Shown here: one piece after another, positions 10,517 to 24,300 of the stretch
How the letters are laid out: every line of letters begins with the position of its first letter
Numbering within the stretch: the stretch's first letter is position 1
NCBI RefSeq assembly: GCF_006345805.1
Contig: NC_043002.1
Span: 39,308,001 to 39,372,000, forward strand
Reading direction: 5' to 3'
Source: Octopus sinensis
Lineage: Eukaryota
DNA length: 64,000 nt
Program-made: the position numbers and the translations under genes
The notes under the pieces: model-generated
Databases searched by the model: none
What the model was told of the DNA's origin: nothing
Seen by the model: the letters and a program-made list of their open reading frames with translations, nothing else

Positions 10517-13500
10517 AGAGTATTGTAGTTCGCTTGAAGCACTGTGTATTGTTTGTAAAGAATAAAATGTTTTGAATGGTACAACAATGCACTATAATAC
10601 AGACAATGGGCTATATACCTGTTGTAATTTAGTCATCCATAGTCTGATATGATATTTCGGGATAATATTCCTTCTTCAGATATTCTTAAATGGAGTCGCT
10701 GCTGCCTCCATCTAAGAATGTCTGAAGAAGGAATATTATTCTGAAATATCATATCAGACTATGGATGACTAAATTACAACAGGTATATAGCCCATTGTCT
10801 GTATTATAGTGCATTGTTGTACCATTCAAAACTTTTATTCTTTATATATATATATATATATATATATAAGGCTTCTTTCAGTTTCTATCTACCAAATCCA
10901 TTCACAAGATATTAGTCAGCCTGAGGCTATAGTAGAAGACATTTCCCCAAGGTGCCGCACAGTGAGACTGAACCCCAAACTGTATCATTGGGAAGCTAAC
11001 TTCTTACCACACAGCCGGACTCTCTCACTCAAGTCAATTTCAAGTTGTTCCACCAACAAATCTTGCTCCTCATTGAGCTATATATTAAGAGTGATTGTAC
11101 TCTTAATGATGGAGATATCCATTATTCACTTCCAATGTCTTTTCCAATATCTTGTTGCTAGTAATCATCTGCAGCATTTAGCAAAGTGGGTCAAAGTACT
11201 AAAACTGTTCAGAATCATAAATTAAAATATTCTGAAATGTCATATTTTTATTAGCCTCTCCAGCTACACATAAAAATATTCTTCTGACAGCAGGTAATCT
11301 GATAAAATTATTTTGATGTCTAAATATTAGGAAGAAATAAAATGAAAAAAAGAGGGAAAAAAATTCTTTTTATTATTATTTATTTTCTATAACTTGTTTT
11401 GTTTAGTTTTAAACTCTCATAAGTTCACAGATGTTGAAAATAATGCAAGTGTTTTCTATTACAACCTTAGGTCGACCAAAGCCTTGTGGATAGATTTGGT
11501 AGACAGAAACTGAAAGCTTGTATATATTTGTGTGTGTGTCCTTACCATCGCTTGACAAACGATGTTGGTGTGTTTATGTCTGTAACTTAGAGGTTCAACA
11601 AAAGAGATCAATAGAATAAGCACTAAGGATTATAAAGAACAAACCATGGGGTTGATTTCTTCAACTGAAAAACCCCTTTAAGGTGATGCTCCAGCATAGC
11701 CACAGTCAAATAACTGAAACAAGTAAAAGAATAAAAGAATTCTTCCACTTGGATTGCTTGGTACATTATTTGTCCTAGGCTTCATGACTGTTCCAACACA
11801 ACCATCTATTTCTTTTGCATTGCACATTGTGTCACTGTTAAAGCCAATTTTCACTTTCATCCTTTGTTTTCCATCATTCATAGACACTAACATTGCACAA
11901 CCAGTGGTGCATGCTTGCTTCAGTTCTTTCCAGCCTTGGTAAGGAATTGACATTCATTAAAGCAGCAGACAGAAGACTTGGAAATGTTTGTTATTTCTGA
12001 ACCTCTCTGCACTCTCGAGTTCAAACCCTGCCTTTGTCAAATTTGCCCATCATCATTTCAGGTGTTGTTAGGAAATTAGCAATCCAAGATGGTAAATTGG
12101 CAAAACTGTAAGAACATTGGATTAGAAGCCTTGCAATATTTGTTCAAACTCCTTGTGTTTTTAGTTCAAATCCCACAGTGTCTACTTTGGTGGTAAACTT
12201 AACCTGTCATCCAGTTTAACAAAACTTCCTGACACCTTTAACAGAGTCCCAGCCAGGTTCCCAATTTGAAGATACTTTTCCTCCCTCCCACCAGTCCTGG
12301 GGGCCCTTTAACTAGTCATAGGCACTGACTTGCCTCAAGACTAAAGACAAACAGCAAAAAAAAACCCTCTACATTTAGTTGCCATGTTTCACTGTCATAC
12401 AATAACACACTTCATATACAAGCATCAGACGACCTGTCCTTTACTCAGACACAGAATTTACTTATTTTCAACAGAAGTAAGAGCTTTCCCTACCCATCTC
12501 CTTATTCTGGCAGCTACACATTCAGAATGCTTACCTCTGCTGTAATGAAAGCTATCAACAATCTCTAGGAAGCTTCCCAAGTATTTGAAAGGATATATTT
12601 CACAGATGCCTTCCTCCTGCTACTGTCCATTGGCTATATTTTAGATTTTTATTCTCTGTCAATATCAAACCATTTTTTATCACTTTCGTCTTATAGTTTG
12701 TTGAATTTCTTTTTGAACTGAACATTCACCTTCAGATTTTTCAAAAGATATTGGATTTAATCTCTCTCCATGGTCACTACTAGAGTATAACTGGCCTTCC
12801 ATCGGTTACAACAATGAGGGTGCCAGCCGATCTGATCAATGGAACAGCCTGCTCATGAAATTAACGTGCAAGTGGCTGAGCACTCCAGAGACATGTGTAC
12901 CCTTAACATAGTTCTCAGGGAGATTGTGTGGCACAGAGTGCGACAAGGCTGGCCTTTTAAATACAAGTACTACTCATGTTTGCCAGCTGAATGAACTGGA
13001 TAAGCATGAAATAAAGTGTCTTGCTCAAGGACACTTGTTGCCAGAATTGAACTCACAACCATATGATTGTAAGCCAAATACCCTAACCACAGAGCTATAT
13101 GTCTTCCCTACAATATAACAGCAGTCTGAAACAGGCAGTTTAAAATTTCAAAAACAAAAAAATCTTTTTTTCAGTGAAAATCGAAATAGATTTGATTTTA
13201 AGGCAAAATTCTTCTAACAGCTGGGTTTTTTTTTCATTAACTCTTAATAAAATAAAAAAACAATGAAACTAAATTTCATGAACAAAAATAATAAAGTAGT
13301 GTACAAACCTTTAGATATGTAGTTTGATTGTTAGGAACTGTTGTGTCATATTCTCTGTATATTGGTTGGATAAAAAGACTAGACCTATATTCACAAAACA
13401 AATAGAAAAGAAAAAGATTGAGGGTGAAACAATACAATTTTCAAAGATTTAACATTCATTTTCTCTCACATATGTAAAGGTTGGCCCAGAACAGAGGTAT

Positions 13501-16500
13501 ATAAGCCCTTGAGTGTTCAGATTACTCTGTCAAATGTAATACTGCTTTATTCAAGTAGTTTTGAATTAATCTTGCATTATCTTATAGCTTTGAGGTTTCG
13601 AGGATTTGATTATTTTTAAAATATTAGCGTAGGTTAGGTGTGAGAGGTTAGATATGGCCAATTTGAGTGTAAAACGTGTAGAATATTTGAGCTGGATTTG
13701 GCCGGTTTAAAAGCTAAAGGGTTTCGGTACCAGCGGCTATGGGTAAGGCTTACAAATATAGAATCAAGAACATAAAACTTCAGGAAGCAGAGAGCATTAC
13801 ATATTATAAAGAGTTGATTCCGTTTTGATCCTAATATAATCTGATCACAACTGAGAAATAGCTAATGAAATGTGGAATATATTCTAGTAATCTGAAGGAG
13901 AGGGAGAATATGTAGAAGATAAGAGGTACTAAGTTCAGAGCAAGTGTTTAATGTGAGAAGCGGATGGGTGTTCAGATTCACAGCTAATGCTGCTATGGAT
14001 CATACTGCTGAAATGTGTGAAGCAGTCAACAACTTCAACATTCTCGCCCACAACAGAGGCAGAGGAGATGGAAACCCCACAAGACAATATTAATACTTTT
14101 ACTTGTTTCAATCATTTGACTGCACCCATGGAGCACCAGGAGTTTCCTGTTTTTTTGTTTTTAGTCAAACAAATCAACCCCAGGACTTATTGTTTGTAAT
14201 CCTAGTACTTATTCTATTCATCTCTTTTGCTCAACTGCTAAGTTACAGGAACATAAACACACCAACACTGGTTGTCAAGCAGTAGTGGGAGGGACAAGCA
14301 AACACAAAGATACACATATATATATATATACATATACACACACACACATATACATACACACACACACACACATATATATATACATACACACACATATATA
14401 TATACATACACACACATATATATATACATACACACACACATATATATGACAAGCTTCTTTCAGTTTCCATCTACCAAATCCACTCAAGGCTTTGGTTGGT
14501 CTGAGACTACAGTAGAAGACACTTGCCCAAATGCCATGCAGTGGGACTGAACCCAGAACCATGTGGTTGGGAAGCATGCTTCTTATCATACAGCCACTCA
14601 TGTACCTATGCCACACAAAATATTTTTATATATATTCAAAGCTTAAGAGAAGTTCATGAGAAAATGAAAGGAGAGTGAGGGGAGAGGAATGCAATGAGTG
14701 GTTAACATGGCTTGAGGGAGAGAATAATCTATTGTACAAGTTCAAAGACTCCTGATTCTGTTTTGTAAAAGTTCCTTCCAAACAACAAAAACAATAAAGC
14801 TTACCTTGATAATAAATACGGATCAAAAGGAAAGAAAGAGTTTAGAATACAATCTCTGTCCACATAAGCAATCTGAAATGATTCTTCTTTGAGAATTTCA
14901 CGTCGGTTTTTCTCAATAATAGTGTCACACATTGCCAACTGGTAGAGTCTGAAAAGATAAAGAAAAATACCATTCATTGATTCCTTTCCATGCTACAACT
15001 TGGACAGCATCAACATTATAGTCATAATCCTCATCATTTAACATTCACTTTTCCCTGCCTGCATGGGTTCAGCAGAGTTTTTGTCATGGCAGATTTTCTA
15101 TGGCCGGTGGGCCTTCCTCTCACCAACCATAACCAGTTTCCAAGCATATGTGTATGCATGTACGTATGTATATGTACATGCAAATGTAAGTGAATATTGA
15201 TATTTTCACCAAATTCATGTGAGTGGATTTGGTAAACGTTAAATACTGATGATGATAATCATATTCATTTTCATATTAGTTACACAGCTCTTACACAAGC
15301 CAAGAACAATCAATATGGCAACAAAAAACAAAAAAAAAAGGATTAATTCATTAAGCTTGTTCTCGAAATTAATCAAATATCCTCATATACTGAAAGAGTT
15401 AAAATACTTTTACTTCTTATCATCATCATCATTGTTTAATGCCCAACTTCCATGGTAGCATGGGCATCTTACCAAAGATGAAATTTTACATGTAAATATT
15501 TCATTTACAAGTCCAAAAACAATTGTTTTCTTCATATTTACAAAAACTTAAATATTTTATTTCAAAATCAACACAATGTTTTTGTTGTTCTTCAGTTGCT
15601 TTTGTTGTGAATATTTATTCTATTGACATGTAACCAAGAAACTAACAAAATAGTTTGTCAGGCATTTTTTTTAATTGTTAAAGCAAAATATATTTATTTC
15701 ATACTTTCCTTGTATGACAGCATTATTTTTTTTCTTTAGCCAACTTATATTATTTATTCCAATAAAGCTTAAAAATATATTATCCACTTCTTTAAAATTT
15801 ATTTAAACCATATAGTTATAGTCAAACAACAATATACTATCAAAATGTAAATAAAAACAGATGAATGAACTAAACCGAAATTGAAGATACTCTCATCATG
15901 TACTGTGTTAACATTCATCACATATCTTTTGTCTGTAACTCATTTAGGCTAATGGACTGTGGCTATGCATTGAAACCCCCTTCACAGGTTTAGCTGTCAA
16001 ATTTTCCCAGTACTTATTTCTGTAGAAGTCTGGTACTTATTATATCCCTTTTTACCTAACTGCTTCATTATGGGGACATAAATAAAGCAACATTTGCTGT
16101 AGGATGGGGAAGTAACCACAAACGCACACACATATACATGAGATTTCCAGTTTCACCAAATTCACTCACAATACAAGGATATAGAAGACACTTGACCAAG
16201 GTGCCAAACAGTGGGACTGAACTGGAAACCACATAGTTGCAAAGCAAGTTTGTTAACCACACAGTCAAACCTGATAGTTTTTGATTTTTAATTCTTATGC
16301 CATGCTTTACATTATTTCATTTTGCCTAATATTTAATACAATATACCATTTTGTTTAAGTTTTTAAAAATGCCTGTATCATATTACTGAGCAACACTTTA
16401 AACCCTCTCAAGAAATTAAATTCTTAAAGTATTTGTTTTTAACATGACTTCAAATCTTCAAGACAATTTTTAATAAAAAAAAAAAAAAACCTTATCAAAA

Positions 16501-18357
16501 CATCAAGCACATTCATTGTGACAGTTTCAAACCTACATGACTTATAAATAAATCCAAACCGTTATGAAACCCAACATTTGCTTTACTACAGATATTTATT
16601 AAGAAAAATGAAACAATGTAGTGCAAAGCCAAATGCACAAAATACACCCATTTCTTAGCATAAGACATCCAGAATTCTAATCTAAAATTTTCTCTTACTG
16701 CATAATTTTTTTACTGTGTCTTGGGAGGGTCATTATGCTAATAAAAACACACACACACACACAGGCTCTATTTCGCTTCTTTTATTATTAGTCAGTCGGT
16801 TATGGCAATGAACAGGCAGAATCATTAGCACACCAGACATATTGCTTAGCAGTATTTTGTTCCATCTTTCTAAGTTCAATTTTCCAAGGTCAACTTTCAG
16901 GGTCGATAAAATAAATACCAGCTGAGCACCAGAATCATAATCAACCAGCCCCTTAGCCCCTTGTACCTATAGCAGAAAGGATTATTATTCAGTTTGTTAA
17001 TCATTGAACCAATTAATTCAACTGTTTGATTAATTGATCAGTCTGAAACAGAGCAGGAGAAGAGAAGACATAGCATTGATGAGGTTGAAACAGCAATGCA
17101 AGGAAAGGACTTCTATTTTTATCTTATATGCTATCTCATCCTTTATATACTGAGCTGACACATTTTGTGGTATACAAAAAAAAATTATTTTAGTTTTCCT
17201 TCTCTTCAAATGCACCTCCTATTATGCAATTTTGATAATTCATAAGATAAAATTGCAGTAAATTGTAATCTTGAAAGGTCTCTAACTTAAATTAAATTCT
17301 TTATATCAATGTGTATTATGTGTGTGCATACTCATGCATGCATAATATTTTTATTTCATTAACACTGCTACATCACAAAAGGCTAAGACATGGTATTCAC
17401 TTGTACTACATTCCTAACAATAACATCTGTTAATCCTCCCTAAATTTTACTTTTTGTTGGTTTTTTTGGTTTTTTTTTTCATTCTGAATTCCTTCATATT
17501 GCAATCTGGCCTTCTAAGAGGATAAAAAGAATTTTTTCTTTTATCCAAGTTTTATTTTTTTCATGGTAAGAATATGAAAACATTGTGAGTGATAAGAGTT
17601 AACCAGCTTCTTCAGCCAACTGAAACTAATTGTATAAATTGAGATAAAATAAATAAACGTAATTAACAAGAAAAGAAGTAAGCTAATAATATTCCACAGA
17701 CAATATCAATAGAAATAGACATATAACATGAAAAACTTACATCTATCTGAGATAATAGAGAATTAATATTTAGCAATTTTGGCACCTAGACAAGAAAATA
17801 AATAACCTTGACACCGTTCCCAAACACTGAAAACTAGCAGACACTACAGCAGAGAATTATAGCAAGAAATGCAGTCAGCTCGATAAAATTCCAACCTGTA
17901 CAAAGTGTTCTTTTACGAAGAAGAATCTAGAAGTTCTTTAATGTCAGCACCATTCTACACAGATGAATAAGACTTTATTGCCAGTGGGAGGTTGTAGCCT
18001 TAAATAATATATTAAATAAAACAACTAAATGAAGAATTAAAAATTCAGCTAAAATATCTAAATTTAAACTTTTGACATCTGCTCAAGTAAACATTTAAAA
18101 TGTGGAATAAAGAAATAAACTTTTATTGCTATAATTATTTAGCAAAAAAATATATATATACATATATACATAGGCACAGGAGTGGCTGTGTGGTAAGTAG
18201 CTTGTTTACCAACCACATAGTTCCGGGTTTAGTCCCACTGCGTGGCATCTTGGGCAAGTGTCTTCTGCTATAGCCCCGGGCCGACCAATGCCTTGTGAGT
18301 GGATTTGGTAGATGGAAACTGAAAGAAGCCTGTTATATATATATATATATATATATA

Positions 18358-18392
<35 letters not shown>

Positions 18393-21300
18393 TTGTGTGT
18401 CTGTATTTGTCCCTCTAGCATTGTTTGAGTACTGATGCTGGCGTGTTTACGTCCCCGTCACTTAGCGGTTCAGCTAGAATAAGTACTGGGCTTACAAAGA
18501 ATAAGTCCCGGGGTCGATTTGCTCGACTAAAGGTGGTGCTCTAGCATGGCCCCAGTCAAATGACTGAAAAGAGTAAAAGAGTATATACATATTTTACCCA
18601 CCACCATAAATATTAATTTCCATATGTGTAGAGCTTTCAAAATATGCTAAAAATCTAAGTCAGACTTGAAAGGACAGTGCCTTATGACCGTTTGCAGGAG
18701 ATACATGGGGGGAAAGGGAGGAAGAAAACAAAGCACAGTTGCTGCATCAGGTTGCTCACCAGGATATCACGTTTTCCACAAAGAGATTTGAATGATTTTT
18801 GCAATAGAGTGAGCTCCACTAAAAGTACGCAACAAAAATGTGTGGTTTTAAACAAGGCAACACATTAAGACTGCCCTCCATCAACAGCTACACTTCATCC
18901 ATCAGGTTTCCAGCTACCTCATATCACTTAAAAGGCATGAGACAAATCATATCTATGATAGAACGATAGACACTTGTACAAAGTACCACACAGTAAGATT
19001 GAACCTGGATCTATGTGGTTATGAAGTAAACTTCTTCAACATATGGCCATGCCAGCACCTATATCTTTATATATAAAATTGAAGTTGTGTGTGTGAGACT
19101 CTGTCTCCTCCGATTTAGATTCCTAACTACTCCCACATTTTGCGGTGCAGCTTAACCAAAAGCAGGTATCTTATAGTCGTCATTCATATCGAGCCCTTCT
19201 GGGTATTAGCGCGTGTCTACGATGAGTCTACGATTTAAAAAAAATTTACCATCATTTTTCCGCATTTTTAATGATTTTTGCTCGGGTTATACAAGGGAAG
19301 TAACTCTCTAAAAATGCTTATATAGTTATTTCCCTTACAAACCCGAGCAATACTGCTAGTTAAGTATAATTACTAGCCAAATGAACAAGAATATTATTAC
19401 TTTTTATATTTAGAAATAATAATTTTTAGTTTCAATCTAGTCTAGTCCTATGAATACATCCAGGACTAAGACACTTTATATACAATCCTAGATCAAACCA
19501 ACTGAAATGTAGCATTGAAATAAATATCAGGAAAAGAGTCTTCTCTTAGGACAGCCACAGGTAAACTGTAGCATGTGGGACTTTCTGAAAGGTCAATGAA
19601 AAATCACCTTGAATTATTTAAGTAGTATGGCCTGCATGAGGATGAACAATGCCTTGTGCAACCCACTTGTCAAAAGGGATTGGCTATGTCTGTCTTAAAA
19701 GATTGTCTGAAAACTTGTAATCTCAGCAACTCATTTCAAACAACATTTAGATATATTTCACTCTTTAAGATATTAATTATATATTTGAATCGATATAGGA
19801 TTTTTTTTTTATCAAAATGTATCTGTATATGGGCTGAGAGGTGTACAGATTGGCTAGCTGATAGAAATGCAGTCAAATAATTAGTTATATGGGTTTGGCA
19901 GTACATATATCACTGGCACCATATTGTGTCTACAGATAAGTCCATCTAGCTCAGGGTAAATTACATAGCATCATGGTAGATTTCTTGAAGAAAACAGTAG
20001 CATTACTGTAAAGTCAATAAGTGTCTTGTTAACCCTTCCGTTACTGTTTTAATTTTGAAATGCTGTTTCTTTCAATTACTTTAAATATTACAAAGAATTT
20101 AGTAAAATAACTTGGTTATCATTAAGCTAGTGTTAGGAACATAAATTGTGACTAAGGTTTGGTGGAAGGTTTTAATTTTAAACTTATGGAAACAAGACAT
20201 TTGTACTCAGAGCCAGAGCCAGTTTCAGCCGGGTTGGTAACGAAGGGTTAAAGTTAGCCTGACTGTGTCTCATTCAGCAAGCACAATATTAATCTCTTCT
20301 CCCCATCCTTCTTCCCCCAAACACTAACCTTCTGAAATACTCTCCATGCAGCCCACTTTTTTTTTTTTTTTTTTTATCTCAGATGTTCATGGTAAGCATA
20401 AACCTTAGAGATTTCCTCAATCTTGGAAGCCCTGCAATAAGTCATGTGCAACTGCCCTTCCTAAACTATGCCATAAAAATAGAAAAAAAAAAGAATGGGT
20501 ACTAAGTGAGCAATCCACTCCTGAACAAAACTCCTGAAATGCTCTTATGTGGCTGTTGCTTTGCTAGAAATAGCAACCAAGTTAAGCCCTACCATCTTAC
20601 CCCTTTTGATATCAATCTGCTTTTACTACCCTTGTTTTATCTTAATAATACAAACATTTATCTTAAAAGTGATCAAAACTAAAACCATTCAAATCAAAAT
20701 TTCATGTTAATTTATGTTTCAAACATCCAATTAATGACATCAAAGTTTTACTAAATCCTTTCATCATCATTTTAATGTCCACTTTTCCATGCTCATATGG
20801 ATCAGATAGAATTTGTTGAGATAGATTTTCCATAGCCTGATGCCCTTCCTGTTACCAACCCTCACCGGTTTCAAAGTATGAGATATATTTCCCCACAATC
20901 AGACAAGTTTTCATGGAAGACTGGAAATGAAGAACACTGCTTCTATGATGGTGACACTTGCTTATAACTACCATGCAGTGTCAAGTCAAAGAGACAGTAA
21001 CTAACACACACACAGATATGATGGGTTTCTTTCAAATTTACTGTCTTTTAGTTGACCCAAGGCTATATAGAAGATATTTTGCCGAAGGTGCCATATTGCA
21101 GGACTAAATTCAAAACCATGTGGTTGAGAAGCAAACTTCTTGCCACACAAAACCAAACCTGTGACTTCATGATATTCAGAATCTATTTCGAATATTACTT
21201 GTGAAGACCTGCTGAGGCAAGTGAAATCAAAATCGATCAAAATCAATGGAAATTGTAATTGTGATACCAGTGCCGGTGGCATGTAAGAGAACCATCTGAA

Positions 21301-24300
21301 TGTGGCCGTTGCCAGCACTGCCCTGACTGGCCTCCGTGCCGGTGGCACGTAAAAAACACCATCCGATCATGGCTGTTGCCAGCCTCGCTTGGCACGTAAA
21401 AAGCACCCACTACACTTACGGAGTGGTTGGCGTTAGGAAGGGCACCCAGCTGTAGAAACACTGCTAGATCAGACTGAGCCTGGTGCAGCCTCCCGGCTTC
21501 CCAGACCCCAGTTGAACCGTCCAACCCATGCCAGCATGGAAAGCGGACGTTAAACGATGACGATTTCAACAAAGGTAGTGTTTTTCAACAGAAATATGGT
21601 AACAAAAGGTTAAATAAGGTTGAACACAATGTGGATAACAATCTCAGATACATTGAAAAAACAGAAAGAAAAAAAAAGAAAAAAAAACAGAAAAAAAAAG
21701 ATATGGTAATGGTTGGAATATTTTGCTCAAATGTTTGCTGAGTCAAGGCTGACCCGGGTTAAACAACCACCAACATAATGCCATAGACATCAATAAAATA
21801 AGAATTTCTATCTCAGCTGTATGTGGCACAAAACATCTAAAAGGATGGAACGGAATCTATGAGCAACAAGTAATCATTTTCTTAAATTCTATTTTGTCTT
21901 TTCTCTTATGATTTATAGCAGAATCACAACAGATTATAAGTAATATGAAGTCAATGTTTTCTACTCAACAAACTCATGTTATCTGAATCCAAGAATAACT
22001 AGCAAAGGCTTTGGGAGTTGTTTTTTTTTTTTTTAACTGATAGTATGTACTCATGACAACAAACCAATAACAACAAAAAGCCTATGCTGCTTCATTCTTA
22101 TCACTGCACCCCTTAAGCAAGATAAAAAAGTTCTAAGGAAAGAAAAATAAGTATTTGGTAGAACAGGGGAAGACATAACAACCAAAAATTTATTATAATT
22201 TTCGAAGATAAAACACACATGCACACACAGACAGAGAGATCAGAAACAGTCTACAAAACGCCATTTTATATCAGAATTTAAAAAAGAAATTTTTCTTAAT
22301 AAAAAAAACAAAGAAAGAAAATAAAGTAACGAAAAAAGAAAAGAAAGATAAGCAGCCAAAATGTTCCAATAAATAATAAACTGACAAGATGTGGAGCTCT
22401 TGGTAAATAAGACTAAGTGAGTATAAAACTAGAGAGAGACAACACTAGCAAAAACCAACAGTTAAATCTCTTGTGTTTTGAATAATAAATCTTTGTCCAT
22501 TCTTTATCATCTCTGAAACTGTTTTTTTTAATTTTATGTGTTCATTCATCATGTGCTATCATAGCTGTTTTTCCTCATGTTTCTTTTTTTTGCATTGGGT
22601 TCAACAGGGTTGTTCCACAAATACACATATTTCACATCAACTATTTTTACAAGAGAAAAGATTTTTACAGTCAAATACCATTTGTAATATATCAACTAAC
22701 CTATCTTGAAATGGATGATGTTATGCCTGGTTTCAGTTAGGTACTAAAAGGCAGAAATTGCTAAGTTAGATCCAAGAGACAGGAAGTGCTGAGTAAGAGT
22801 AATGATGTAAGGAGTTTGGGGTGAGAGCAACTTCTTTTTACAATAATTACTTAAGGCCACTTGAACCCTATAGAATTCAGATTACACTGTCAAATGTAAT
22901 TACTTATTTATTCATACTGCTGTGTTAATTATACATTATCTCATAGCTTTAAGATTTAAATGGTATGATTGTTTACTTTTAGAATATTGTATGTGGATAT
23001 GACAAGTTTAAATATGAAAGGATTAAGTCAATAAGTTCCCAAACTAACAGACACCTTAAATAACCTTGGCTAAGTGCAAGCATACAATGCCAAAACATTA
23101 ACATAACAATGATACCTATTTCTTTACTACCCACAAGGGGCTAAATACAGAGAGGACAAACAAGGACAGACAAACGGATTAAGTCGATTATATCGACCCC
23201 AATGTGTAACTGGTACTTATTTAATCGACCCCGAAAGGATGAAAGGCAAAGTCAACCTCGGCGGAATTTGAACTCAGAACGTAGTGGCAGACGAAATACC
23301 GCTAAGCATTTCACACAGAGTGCTAACGCTTCTGCCAGCTCGACCACAGCTAGGGTAGATAGCTATAGTGTGCAGAACTTAATAAACTACGAAACAAAAC
23401 AACCAACTATCTAGAATATCATTGTCTTTTAACATCTGCTTTCCATGCTGGCATGGGTTGGACTATACATATATTATTCCAACTACGAAACAAACATCTT
23501 GCAAGTCATTATACCTTTGTGGCCTTCAAATTCCCTTTGTGAGTATGGAACTCCTATATTGACGCAAGGATTAGTAATGATTTAGTAGTGTTTGCTGTGG
23601 TGGGGTGTTGTAGGTTGAATATTAGAATAGAAGGTAGAGAATTTGATGATGATGACTTGCTAGATACATTATTGGAGATCACATTATCATTCAGTAGCTC
23701 TGCAGGAGATAAAAAAAGCTGGTGATGTTGGCCTAATGATAACATTATCGTGATTAGCAAACGTGCTTGGGGAACGATATTTAAGAGCTATTTGTTTAAC
23801 TGACACTATCTGAGTCCTTTCATCTCGTTTAATCCAGGCTGTGTTTCTGCCAGCACATATCAGATAATGTGTATCTGTAAGAAATTTCATTATATTGTTC
23901 TTATAATGAACCATTTGTCCAATCTAGTGAAAACAAATTACTGCTACTCTTAACCGTCTGCCAAGTAATTTCTCATCTCGTAACTTGCATGCAATTGAGG
24001 CATTAATAAGTTGGTTGAACAAAATCTTAAGTAAATAATCATCAAACTTTCCAATTAATAACTGTAACCTTTTAATGCAGATTTGATTGTTAGCACAGCT
24101 CTATCTACTGCGCCATTAGAGTTTGAATTTTGAGTAAGACTTCCAATTATCTTACAATTATGTTTAACCAGTATTTTAATGACTTCTCATCCACTGTCTG
24201 GTACTACTCTAGTTGGGAAGTCAAATTTAGAGAAAATGGAAAACAGGTATTCCCTTGTTCTCCAAGCTCCTACTGGAAATTAATAAAAGTGACTGTGAGA

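Noticed and set aside
11678-11953. 91-aa minus ORF in the last RRN3 intron as an extra exon
   Set aside because: No RRN3 homology, the CDS is complete without it, and there are no good splice sites; perhaps an old LINE relic.
14238-14616. Track ORFs rich in YI/CV/HT (also near 18.2, 37.7, 46.5, 54.1 kb)
   Set aside because: Translations of TA/CA microsatellites.
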